This document shows positions 39,775 through 52,900 of a stretch of DNA of 64,000 nucleotides, piece by piece. The notes beneath the pieces are model-generated. The model was not told where the DNA came from and searched no databases. It saw nothing but the letters and a program-made list of their open reading frames with translations. Positions within the stretch are counted from its first letter, which is position 1, and each line of letters starts with the position of its first letter. A program made the translations under genes and the position numbers. The stretch lies in contig CP075494.1 of NCBI GenBank assembly GCA_021613535.1, positions 5,890,001-5,954,000 on the forward strand, read 5' to 3'. Origin of the DNA: Adineta vaga (lineage: Eukaryota > Animalia > Rotifera).

Positions 39775-40870
39775 AAAAACAGAATATGGAAAAAAGCAGA
39801 AGAATTTCTATGAAATATGCCGGCTGATATTTATGCACACAAAACTAAATCTATCTTCTATATTTCTTTTTTTTTGCGATTTCTTTAACTCTTTGATTTT
39901 CGTTCCGTTTTCTCTTGTTCGATGTCGTTACATAATAAACTAAACAACATGCATATAAACATAAAAAATCAGTCATCGGCCGTCTATAAAAAGAAAAGAT
40001 ATAGAAATTCCATTTTTTTCTCTTTTTTTTCTTTTTCTTTTTCATTTGATCGTTTATTTTTAATTCGGAAACAAAACTTAACTATGAAAATGTGTAACTG
40101 AAGCTATCTTTCTTTCTGTCTCTCTCTCTCTCTGTCCCTTTTCTTCGTTCGTATTGTCTATTTCTGAATATGTTGATGATGATGAATATATACATATATT
40201 ACTTTTGTCTTTTTTTTTTTTCGTTTTATCTATTATTGATCGTTCTAGTTTCTTTTCTTTTTCTATCTACGTATATCATCCATATTGTTTATTTGTCTCT
40301 CGTTTACTCTTTCTCGTGGCCGGCAATAAAAAATACAACAAAATAAGTTTTACATTAAATCAATATGAGAAAAATCGAGATTAATAGTATTTATTATAAC
40401 ATATCAAAAGTAAATGTTTAAGACCAAGGACATCTTTTAATGCATTTCTTTTTCGAGATTCATCACTAGTTCCAAATTGTGAGTATTTTTATCTTAAATA
40501 TTCATACATCCAAGTTCGTATGCTGACCGATACAATCGAAAACTTGTCAAGTATTTCAGTCAAATATGAACGAAAAACGATCATAATTTCTCGGCTACTT
40601 TCTATAAGATGAAGAACAAATGCAACAATAGAAAAGAATAAAAAAACGTCCTTTCGACATAATTTGTCAATAGAATGATAGATTTCTATAGAGCTATTTT
40701 TATTAGATTATCAGTATTTGCTCAAGTGGTACGACTCGTATATCATTAGAGGTCGCTGTTTTACATTGTTCATTGAAATTCTGGAGGTTAAAATCTAAGA
40801 TATCCTCAGTAACGAAACAAATAATGTCTTCTTTCATTCTATCTCCGTATTAAACTGTGAAATTTATACG

Positions 40871-43028
40871 ATGACTAGTGCTACATTAATTGATCACTAT
40901 AATTCTCATGATAATTTCGATAAACTTAGTCAAACTTATCCTTCAACTACTGATCATACTTCTGACTACAATGAATATGAACAAAAATTACGTGAAAAAG
41001 TTGAAAGTGATAATCGAAATGGTAATTCATCCTTTCTTGACACAATCGAAGGTCTCCGTCGAGAACAACGTGCTCGATTAGCAAAAGTTGAACACGATTA
41101 CTATAATCAATTGACAACATCGACTTCGCTTCATATCCCAAATGATTCACACGAAGTACACATCAACAAAAGACAAGAACAATTAGTAACATCAAAACCA
41201 CCTTTACCAAAGGCAACTCGTCCATCTGCTTCACCTGTCTTCTTAACTGAACAACGTGCTCAACATCGTATTCATCATCGTCCAACATCTGAGAATATTG
41301 TTCGAAGACATGATGATGACATTGCTTTTTGTCCACATCGAACATCCATTGGAAATACAACAACAACAACTGTCCATGATCTAACGACAGATCATGTTCG
41401 AAATCAACTTAAAAGTATGTGGAATGAATTCGAATTAGATGATTATATGGATCGAAAAAAGTAAATTATGTCTTAAGTTATTATTTTTTTCTACAACTTT
41501 TATTTCATAGAAATCGCCGTTCAGACACAGCAGCAAGCTGGGCTGGTCGCATAACAGTTCCGGAACCATTTTCTCTAACAAACAGTATAAATATGGATAA
41601 TATACATCGAAAAAAATGTATGTATGAAATTGAAGCAGCGAAATTACAAAAAGAAGTCGAAGATGAAATGCATCTAAGTTATTCATTTAAAGGTAAGCTT
41701 TCTTGCAAATGACCTTGAAAAGGATTATCAGATTCACTTTATAAGCATGCAAAATGGTTCTACTTGTAATTTATATATTTAGCTAAAAGTGTTCCAGCAC
41801 ATGTTCATTTACCTCTCTATGAACAGATGCAAGAAGATCAACGTCTTCGAAGTGATCATGTTCGTCATATGACGAAAGAATATTTAGCATCAATATCCAA
41901 ACCATTTGCTTTTGAATCACGTGAAAAAGCTAAAACAATTATTCGACGACATTCATTTGCAGGTGGTGATATGCTCCGATCAGAACCAAGATTCAAAGCA
42001 AGACCTTTACCAGATTTTTATTATCGACAACAAGAAGAAAATGAACTGTATGTGAAAGTTTTAAATCTATCTATCATAATTTTGCATCTCCTCGTTGTTT
42101 TCTTAGATCACAAGAAAAAGACTTGCATCGTTCAGTGAGAAAAGATATACGTGCTAAAGAATTACTTCGTCAATCTCGTACACCATTTAGTAGTTTCAAA
42201 CCAAATTTTACTCGTCGTTCAAAGAGTGCCAGTGATATTGCACGGTTTCGTTATCAAGAGCATTCATTTAAACCGAAAACAAATGGTTACTATCTTCCCA
42301 ATTATGATAAGAATTATTCGAATTTTCTACGTACAATGGAAGAAAAAAAACGTACACGTTCACCAACGAAATGCAAACCATTCTTATTATATACAAATAT
42401 GATTCCATCAAAGAAAGATAAAGTTCTTGCTGATATTCGCAATGATGCACAAACGCGACATGCCGAAACATTTCGAATAAAAGGAAAACAAATGCCAACA
42501 AGATCAACATCCATTGCTAATCTATCAGTAAGTCTTCAGAAATCAGAACCTATTCCAACGAAAACAACTGAAGCACAACGATTACGCGAAGCTGTTGGAA
42601 AGAAAAAACGACGTGAAGAAGACGTCAGAAATAGTGTTGTAGAAATCCATCAAAGATCAAAATCGGCTAAAGAACGACGTGTAAGAGAAGCAATTCTTCA
42701 ACGAGGAGATTTACAAAATAGAGCAACTGTTGCTAAAGCAAAACGAGATGAAAATGTAAATATAAAAAAAAAACGTTTGTCTTAACTTTTAACTTCAATT
42801 TCTTTTCAGACTCGTAAACTTCGACAATCGATACGTCAAAGCGAAGATGATTATGCAAAAAAATTAGATGAAATGAAAGAACGTGTTGAACAACGTCCAC
42901 TATTGCTCGAACAAGATTCACGAAGAAAAGCTGTTGAAGAATTAGAAAAGAAAATCAAATATGCAATGGATATTGCCAATATTAAAGAAAGTGATTTACG
43001 ATTTGTAAATACAAATTATTCATCATAA
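40871..43028 (+). CDS. FAM161A: FAM161 (UPF0564) family centriolar/ciliary protein, 5 exons
   Basis: ITVPEPFSLT, FKAKSVPAHVHLPLYEQM, SKPFAFESREK, FKARPLP, PNYDK, PTKCKPFLL and RVEQRPLLLEQ. Confidence 0.82.
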
Positions 43029-43380
43029 AAAGAAAAACTATTTTGATTGTATACAGATCTTTATGGTTGCTTAAATTTTGTACGTCAGTTTTATATATAT
43101 ATATATATAAATCAATTGCTAATTGTTTTTTTCTAATACATATGAATCTTTAGATATATTTGCTTAATAAATTTTGTTCTTGTTAAACAATTCTTTATTT
43201 TGGTAATACGAGGAACAAATATATATCTATTGCAATCAAACGAACGAATTGCACTTTTGTTTAAGTTCGTTGTACTTTTTTTTCATTTCAGCGGTTTCAT
43301 GTTTGCTTAAGTCAATCTTTGTTATTTCAGTAATCATTTACTATTGAAGATTCACGGTCAATACAAGTATAGCATGTAAC

Positions 43381-43630
43381 AGATTGGCCAAATGACAGGA
43401 ATGACGTCGTTTCTGAAAAGTTTCCGCCCCTTCTTTTCTCTGCATAGCTTCTATCATAGAGCTAAACTATTTTATCTGTATGACGTTCAACGAGAAAAGA
43501 TTTATCTCACTTTTTAGAACGATTTGTTTGCTATGATGGATATTCGTTAAACGAGATCGTGCGAAAACGAATGACTCTATGTGTTTGACGTGTCTTCGTT
43601 GACAATCAGAAAACAATTTATGACGTTTAA
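43381..43630 (+). promoter_or_regulatory. Candidate promoter: CCAAT box, GC box and four TGACGT (CRE/ATF-like) cores
   Basis: ATTGG 43383; TGACGT at 43402, 43481, 43586 and 43621; CCGCCCC 43424. Confidence 0.45.
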
Positions 43631-43633
43631 TAA

Positions 43634-43933
43634 ATGCCTAAAATGAAATCGAACTTTTCATGCTTTCTATCATTGTATTTTGCACCATATGTTATTTGTT
43701 CGATTTCGTGTTTTGTTCTAATGATAATTGTCTACAAAAGCAGCTGGTCTCCCACACAAAATATATCATCATCATCATCATCAGAACAGTATAGTATATA
43801 TTTCTTTCCTTCTCAAGAAAATAGAAGAAAGAAGATTTTTGCTGTATTTTCCCGTCATCGCGTCGGTCAACATTGGCTCATCCTGTTCTGTTCTGTTTCC
43901 TTCAAGAAAATCATTTCTTTTCTTATCTCATAA
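43634..43933 (+). CDS. Candidate upstream ORF / hydrophobic microprotein (99 aa)
   Basis: ATG ORF with a TM-like segment. Its stop lies 4 nt before the transporter ATG. No homology recognised. Confidence 0.3.
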   Translation: MPKMKSNFSCFLSLYFAPYVICSISCFVLMIIVYKSSWSPTQNISSSSSSEQYSIYFFPSQENRRKKIFAVFSRHRVGQHWLILFCSVSFKKIISFLIS

Positions 43934-43937
43934 AACG

Positions 43938-45098
43938 ATGCAACTTGCCAGTAGTACTACCAATCTTGGTTTAGCTATGTCTGATTCTTCCCATCATGAC
44001 GATGATGGTAAAACATTAATTCTATCCATAAAAGAAGATGTTATAAATTTTAAACAAAAATCTGAAGAAGTTTTACAATCTATCGCGTTTCGTGCAATGA
44101 TCTTTTTTCAAATTATTGCATATGGATCCTATTCTATATTGGTTCATCTATGTGAAGAAAATAATGTTATTACATTTTCATCAACAACAATGAATTTCAT
44201 TGTTGAATTTGTCAAATTATCTTTTTCATTATTTGGTGTGATTTATTCATCAGCAACATCAACCATTGATTTTTCTCTAAGTTTAAAACAATGCATAGGT
44301 TGGTTTAGACAATCCTTACCTTATGCAATACCAGGAATTTTATATTTTATTAATAATAATCTTGCTGTACATATGCAAGTCTATATGGATCCAGCATCGT
44401 ATCAAATTCTAGCTAATTTTAAAATATTTACAACTGCAATTCTATATCGATTATTAATTAAACATAAATTAACAAGACAACAATGGTTTGCCTTATCATT
44501 ATTATTCTTTGGTGGAGTTGCATATAGTCTCGGTAAGTACGAATTGATATACAAAATGATTTGAATGAATTATTTTTATTTAGGAACTATCAAAAATTCA
44601 TCAGTGATGTCAAAAAGATCATCTGCATCATCGACACATATGCGTGAAATGTATATTCATCCATACGGTATTCCAATGATTGGTATTTATTGTACATTAA
44701 GTGGTTTAGCTGGTGTATATAATGAATACATTCTTAAGAAACATTATAATGAATCATTACATGTTCAAAATATGTTTCTTTATTGTTATGGTACGATTTT
44801 AAATTTTATTCCAGCAATTGGTGCTGCAATCTTATCTTCACATACAACTCGTTCGTTTAATCCATTTCGTGGCTTTTCATTTTATACTTGGTTAATTGTT
44901 TTAACACAAGCATTGAATGGTTTGTTCATGTCTGTAGTTATTAAACATTCATCGAATATTGTTCGATTATTTGTTATTTCATTTTCATTAGTTGTGACAG
45001 CAGCTCTTTCATTTTTCATCTTTCATATTAATTTCAATATTTATTTCTGTTTTTCATTTGTAACAATGACTTGTGCTCTTTCACTTTATTATTCATAA
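43938..45098 (+). CDS. SLC35A4: SLC35A-family nucleotide-sugar transporter (SLC35A4-like), 2 exons
   Basis: YGSYSILVHLC, EFVKL, YAIPGILYFINNNL, MDPASYQILANFKIFTTA, SGLAGVYNE and QALNGLFMSVVIKH. Intron 44533-44583. Confidence 0.85.
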
Positions 45099-45984
45099 TA
45101 AAGAATTTTGTTTTTTTCCAGAAATAACACGTGGTAATTGACTACTGTCCAATCGAATTTCGATTTGTTCGAAATGAGGTTGTAATAATTCTTTGATTTG
45201 TGTAACATTAAATTGTGAACATTCAAATACAAGATAACCTTGATCTTTAAGCCAACCATTGACAGCACGAAGAATAATTTCGGAATAGAACTTTAATGGT
45301 GGATTGGCAAAGAGTGCCATGGAAGGTTCATGAAAGATTCCAAGATTACATTGAGATAATTGATCATCAGAAATGTAGGGAGGATTGGAAATAATTAGAT
45401 CGTAGGAAGAATGTTCGAGAAAATGAGAATGGAAAAGATTGCCACGATGAAATTGAATATTGTGACAACGATGAAGATGTGCATTGTTCCGAGCAATTCG
45501 TAGAGCAGATGAGCTAAGATCACAAGCATGAATTTCCCAATGAGGAAATCGCCGAGAGAGAGTGACTGATAAACAACCACTGCCAGTACCGATCTCAAGC
45601 ATAAATTGTTCTAAAAAAAAAGAATAAGCTTTTATTACTGTTTGATTTAAATACATCTTGAGATTTACTATCTATATTCTGTTGATAAAGTTGTTGAACA
45701 TGATGAATAAGTGTTTCGGAATCACGACGTGGAATAAGAACATGTGGATTGACAATAAATAATCGATTACAGAACATTGCTGAACCACAGAGATATTCAA
45801 TTGGTACATGACGATGATATTGACTGATCAACGAACGAAATATTCCGAATAATGATTTCGATTTGACTTGACGAGTTTGAGAAAGATGACATAGATGTTG
45901 AGCACGAGAAAATAACCAACGGTATACATATGTAGTTGATTCATCAATTGTACTACGACGAAGAAGATATTTTAACGAACGCAT
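45093..45984 (-). CDS. HEMK1: HemK/PrmC release-factor glutamine methyltransferase (mitochondrial type), 2 exons
   Basis: VPIEYLCG, VLIPRRDSETL, LEIGTGSGC and ISNPPY. Phase-1 intron 45611-45668. Confidence 0.9.
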
Positions 45985-46865
45985 TTCTATGTTTCTCTAT
46001 GTCATAAAGACGAATTATATATTCTTGTTTAGTTATTTATAATGTTGAAATGAAACGAGAGAGGTCGTTATGAATCATCGTAATGTATCAAGTATTCTTT
46101 GAAATTTATGGATAAGATCTCAAATACGAGTAGTGCTTTGAAAAGTGATATTTGTTGTAAAACGAATATGATTAGAAATAGATATTTCAGTAGAAACGAG
46201 AAGTCTCTTATGTTTCAATTGACAATAGATGTATGTCTGTTAGGTGGTATTAATATTAATAAATAGTGCAACACTTGTATGCATAAACAAATACGTTTTT
46301 CAATCGCTTCAGGCGACCTACTGACATCATGGTTTTATTTTGTTCAAGCATTTTTGTAACAAAACATGACGAGCGAATAGCAAAACCCCTAGTTTAATGT
46401 ATCATACTATTCTATTTTAATGTGCAATACCATTACGTCTCACTGTTCTCATCTATCAGCAGTATATTAATAAAACTGCATTTTTTCTTTTTAGTTTTCT
46501 GCACAATTTCATACACACTTAAGACATTTTATCTTATTGCAAATATACTGCACTTCGAAAAATCGTCATAAAAAGAAAGACAAACAAAAGATTTTATTCC
46601 GCGAAAAAGTAACAACGTAACACTTCCTAACAGAAACGAAAAGCGCTTAAAATCTTGTTCGTTTTACTTCACTAGCGATAAATCGAGAGAGAAAGAAAAA
46701 AAAACAATGGTTGTACAATGAAAAAGTATTTGTTTTACAATACACTTTGTTTCTTTCACTAGTATGTGAATGCTCTCAGTATTTCAATAAAATATCTTGC
46801 TATATTCACCCATAATTATCTTTATATAAAAACTGAAAAATAAATATAAATTACCTTTCATCACA

Positions 46866-49484
46866 ATGGCTACTAATGAACCATTAAACACAGGACGATG
46901 AGATCTTCGTCCAAATGAAATTTTGGACAACAAAGAAAATATTCAACTCATCTGGCTCGATGCAAATATGGAGCAATCACAAGATTGTCTTCTTACTCAA
47001 ACAATGTTGATTGAACTCAATCCAGCTGTGCAGTTCTATTCAAATTTTAATCGATGTCTTGACTTGATCAAGTCTATCAAAGATGAACAAATCTTTCTCA
47101 TTGTTTCAGGTGCCTTTGCACGACGTGTACTTTCACAAACTCATCATCAACGAGTTCTCGTCGCTGTTTTTATTTTCTGTTCTAACAGTCAATATCATCA
47201 ACCATTAATGCAAGAATACAGTAAAATCGTTGGAATCTTCACTGATTAACAGACTTTATTAGAAGCTATTCGAGAAAAAATGGAACTCGTCGAAAAACAA
47301 ACAATAGCATTTAGTCTCTTCGATCAAAAACAAAAATCACTCAAAGATCTCTCCAAAGAATCAGCATCATTTCTATTACATCAAATGTTAGTGTTTGTTC
47401 TCAGACAAATGTCACAAGATCAACAAGCAAAACAACAAATGATTGACATGTGTCATGATTATTATAAAAACAATAAACGAGAATTAGAGAAAATTAAACA
47501 ATTCAAACGAACTTATTGTCGTGAACAAGCGATCGAATGGTATACAGATGAATGTTTTCTATATAAACTACTGAACAAAGCATTACGAACAAAAGATATT
47601 GAATTACTCTATACCTTTCGATTCTTCATCATCAACTTATGTTCAGCCACTGAAAACGAACGTCAACAACTGAAAGATAAAGAAGTTCTAACATTATATC
47701 GTGGAGCACAAATTCCAAGTGAAGAACTCGATAAACTCAAAGATAATGTTGGTAAAGTCATTTCAACAAATGGATTTCTATCCACATCAAGAAACATCAA
47801 TGCATCACTTAATTTTGTTCATGGAAACGTTGTATCAAATGACTTTCGATCTGTTCTATTTGAGATTAAAGCTGATCTATCAATGAAGAATATTATCTGT
47901 GCTGATGTGAAGGATAAGAGTCGAATTGATGGTGAAGAAGAAGTGTTGTTTAGTCTCAATTCTCTATTCAAAATTCACTCTGTTCACTTTGATTCGACAC
48001 TTCGGATGTGGAAAGTGCAATTGAACAGTACAGATGAAGGTGCAGAAAAAGTTCAAGAATATCTTGTGTTATCAAAACAACAACTAGAGGATTATTCACC
48101 GATCATCTATTTTGGTCGTCTTCTGTTGTATGACTTAGGTCAAGTGGATCGAGCAGAGAAATATTTCAAGATGTTGCTTCAATCACTTCCGTCTGATCAT
48201 CCTGATATTGCATCTGTTTACAATCATATTGGGATTGTAAACGATACAAAACGTGAATACAATTTGGCATTGAGGAACTATAAGATAGCCTATGACATGC
48301 GTCGAAAACAACTGCCACCAAATCATCCTCGTATAGCTGGTTCACTTAACAATATAAGTGATATTTATAGAGCAAAGGGCGATTATGACAAAGCACTTGA
48401 CTATTATCAAAAGGCATTGAAGATCTTTGAAATAAACTATCCAAATGATCATTTATCAAAGGCAATTACAATTGGAAATATTGGCAGAGTATACAGAGAT
48501 AAAGAAGATTTCGATACTGCTCTTACATATTTCTCTCGTGCACTTGAGATGTTTAAACGTGTCCTTCCTAATCAAAATAGTAACATAGCACCATGTCTCG
48601 GTGCAATTGGATACGCTCATAAGAAGAAAGGTGATTTAGATGTTGCTCTCGATTATTATCAACAACAGCTAAATATGGAAGAACAATGTCTACCTTTTGA
48701 TCATCCAGATCTTTCAGATCATCTTGGCTGGATCATTGATACATACAAACAGATGAATGAGATTGAAAAAGCGTTAGAATTTTGTCAAGAAAATCTGATT
48801 GTTCAAAAAGATAGATTAGGTGAAAATCATCTTCGTGTTGCTCGAACCTTGATGATCATGGGTGATCTGATCGAGGACAATGATCCAAATGGAGCATTGC
48901 AACACTACGAAGAAGCTCTCTCTATTCTGCAAAACTATAAACCGCTTGATTATGCAGCCGTTGCTGAATGTCTCATTGAATTGGGCTGTTTGTATACTGA
49001 TCATGATATGATGGAAGATGCATTACGATGCGAACACGAAGCACTTAATTTTCGTCGCCAGATATTTCCAAGCGACCATGTCACAATTGCTTTTAACTTG
49101 AGAAATATTGGCTTGTCTTACGAAGAAATGAACAATCCATCTGAAGCACTACGTTATTTCAGCGAAAGTCTCTCGATTTATCGAGCTAATTATGGACCTG
49201 ATCATAAAGATGTGAAAAGAGGCGAAGAAGACATAGCAAGATTAAATAACAAAGATTTATTACCATCATATCATGAAGAGCAACAACAAGAAAATATCAA
49301 AGACAAAGAATATTGTTCAGTCTCTGATTCGTCTAATGTTCATCAACCAACATCTACTACCGATTCTATCCTTGAGACTCTCTCAGATCAGTCCAACTCA
49401 AATAAAACTCCTGCAACTGTTCAAAGTAAAACATGTATAATTCAAAGATCATTGGATTTGTTAATCTTTCTTTCGATCTTATAA
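46866..49484 (+). pseudogene. Receiver-like + ART + TPR paralog with two in-frame stops in the N-terminal domain (intact 734 aa ORF from 47280)
   Basis: One frame runs from ATG 46866 with TGA at 46899 and TAA at 47247. It is collinear with 29995-32457. ART motifs LYRG, FLSTS and EEEVLF are intact. Confidence 0.8.
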
Positions 49485-49962
49485 ACAAAACGATTGAGAT
49501 TTTTTCGTGAACATTGTCTTTGACAAACTATGAAATATTTTCAGAAATCATTCTAATTTCTTATTTTATGTGAGAACAAATAATATAATTGGAAGAAATA
49601 TACGAGAAAATTTAGATGAGTAGTCATATGGTTTAACAAAAGAAAATGCACAATACATCCATACTTTCAATTGTAGAAGAGATGCAAACAATGCGACAAA
49701 CGATACTCTTCGACCGTTAAAAAATAATACTGATTCTCTTCTTCAAATTATTGTAGTCATTTACTGAGTTATATTATTTAAAAACATACGAGACAAATCG
49801 AAAATGCATGCTACTTTTTGTTGCGCAAGCCAATTTTATTGACGAAATTTTTTTTCTTATGTTGAATATATAGGTATATATGTATATAGAATAAGCAGAC
49901 AGAAATACAGCTGAAACGTAGCATAAAATAATCATTAGTCTTTTATAAATATTAAGTGTCAT

Positions 49963-52900
49963 TTAAAGATCATCCCCATCAAATTTTGCCAATGGTGCAT
50001 CACGAGTTTTATTCATTGAATCAAATATTGTTGTTATTTCATTTTTCATTGTCTCGTTTTCATCTTCATTTACTTTTTTATTATCAATTCCAGCTACCTT
50101 ACGAAATGAAGACCACATGAAATCCATCATTTCATTCTTTTGTTGTGATGCCGCTAATTCTCGTTTAACATGTGCAAAGGAATCATTTAAACTAGAAAGA
50201 AGAAGTTTATCTTTATTTTTCTAATACAGCTTCAAGTACTTACATGGTCAAGAAGATGCTTAATAGTGCAATAAAGACAAGAATAATAAATGATACAAAA
50301 TAGAATGTACCTACATAGAAAATATGAATTCATTTGACATTCCTGTCTTTTTTTGTTACCTACCATAAAGACGACTGACAGCGAACATATCCGGTGCATT
50401 GATTTCACCCAAAAGCATTCGAAAGCAAGTTGTTAGTGCAGTAAAAAAGCTCTTATAGGATTCAAGTGAACGACCAAACACAGCAAAGCCCATCACTGCA
50501 TAAGCAATCATAAATATCAAGAAAACGAATCCAAATGAACTTAAATCTTGTCGAGCATAATGAAGTGATTTTGATAACATTCCAATACGTTTATTAAATC
50601 GAAGTAATTTTAAGAATTTCAACATAGTAAAGAATGTGATTAAAGCAACAATATATGAATATACTTCATCAAAACTTGCAATAGCATTAAAATTAACGAA
50701 GGCACCTAAAGAAAATTAAGATTAATCCTGTATCTTAATTTTTAGAAAGATAAACTTACCCATTTCAGTCTTTCTTAATGAACGAATAGCTAATCTTGTT
50801 AATGTTTTCTTTGTTCCATACATGATAATTGCTGTGATACTAAAGACTGTTGTAATAAATGAAATTACATTCCAAAATTTATGAAAATAAGCTCGTTTTT
50901 GTTTGATAAGTAATAATAATTCATGAATTGTTGAATAAATTGTAAAAATCACAAATAAAAGTTCAAATATATACACTAATATACCATAACCACCGATATG
51001 ATCATATAATCGAAAGATTTTGATTTGATGATCTTGAATAACTGAGCCCATCGATGTCATTTCAAATGATAGTGTTACAGCAACAAAAAGATTGACATTT
51101 GCATTATAAAGTGAAAAGTCAATAATAACTGCACGTGTCAATTGATCCAGCCAATTTAATGAACGAAGTTCTTCAAGAACTGCTCGACTTTTTTCATAAG
51201 TTCGACCTAATGAAACAATATAACCACCACCTTTATATGTTTTATAAAGTGCTTTCATAGGTCCACTCTTTGTACGAGCACTACTCTAAAAACAAAACAA
51301 CAAAGAAAAAAAAACTTAGAATCAATAGATGAATGGAATCTTACTTGATAACACCATGGTGTTTGACACCGTTTTGTTCCATTCTTATTTGCATCACTCA
51401 TTCTTGCTTCTTCTTTTGTTAAAACTGTTTTCCAACTTGGTGTATAATGTTTTGTATCATCATCAAACCAATTGTAATCATCTCGACAATGTGTTATAAT
51501 ATGTTTAACACGACGATGTACTCGACAACTATTTTCTTTAACACGTAATTGTCGTATTCGTGGTGCACCCACCCGCATTGAAACACGACTTCCTGTTGTT
51601 AATTTTTCTCTCCAAGTTAAATTTTTATCATTATACCATGTTTGTGCATAGAGTCCTTTCAATAAAACATCATCACAATATTTCCACCATGTATTTATCG
51701 AACCAACATCATGAAAATCATCGGTAATAAAGAGATTTTTTGTATCACGATATAAACCATATGAATTTGTATCTCTTGCTTGATAGGAAAGAAATAATAA
51801 AACAATAGTGAAGAATACATAAATAACGATTTCACGTATGATTTCACCCATTTTGATTTCTTGTAAACGTTGTGCACGTGCACGAGACATTTCAGTTGAA
51901 TCAATTGGTCGTAAATCAAATAATCGTACACGACGTTGTCGGGCAATATCTAATATTACAAAACAAAATCGTTTTGTTTTATTTCATTCCTCAAAATGAA
52001 CTTTTACCTTTCACTTTCATATCATTACAAGTTTCTTCGCCCTCTTTTTCTGGAATATTATTATTAGAAACTAATGCACCCGTGAATGGATCATTGAAAT
52101 CCAATGTTTCATCATCATATGGTCGACGAATAAGAAAACTAATAATAGCTGTAATAAGAAAGACTTTCAATGGATCAATAACAAGAATTGATTGACCAAA
52201 TGAAAGTATCATAGTAATTAACCATTCATTGGCTCGTTTTGCTCCCCATTCTAATGAATAGAGGATTATGAAGAATGAACATGTTAAAATACTCAATGTA
52301 ACCACTAGAAAACAAATGAATAGAATGAAGGAAGAAACTTTTCTTTATTGATCTTACATCCCCATGCGATATAAACCGTCCAATGTGGAAATGTTCTTGT
52401 TTTATCTTCAATGGAAGGTATAGCTCCGATACGTTCTAAACTTTCATCATCTATTGTTTTTGAATGTGTCAGACGATATTTTCCTCTTGAGAAGAATCTA
52501 AATAGATTCAAATATGAATTATTAAAGAAAAATAAAACACACAGACCTTGATGTTTCTTGATATTGTTCATCTTTTTCATCTAATTTATTTCGTCGTTTA
52601 CTTTCTTTCAATTGATGTCTTACTAATGCCTTTTGACTATATTTTGCTTTTCGAAATAAAGTAACAACAAATAAATTCACTGGTAGAACGATTAATGTAC
52701 CAATAAAACTAATCCAAAGTTGTGTCAGAGTAAATTGAATTGGTCCAATCTTCATCAAAACACCAGCTTTAGTTCCGGTTGCTTGCGTATCTTGCCGATA
52801 GAACATGGCATTAGATATCATTGTACAAAATAGTAATGATATACAACATGAAATACGTTGTAAACGAGTGAAATTACTTCGTACGGGTCGTGAAAAAACG

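Noticed and set aside
45595-45668. Apparent frameshift between the two HemK ORFs
   Set aside because: Explained by phase-1 intron 45611-45668.
46899-47249. Stop-codon reassignment or selenocysteine readthrough explaining the in-frame TGA/TAA
   Set aside because: TAA, TAG and TGA all terminate conserved genes in this window (SMC2, Rab1, HEMK1). Two different stops are involved and neither is at a Cys-equivalent position.
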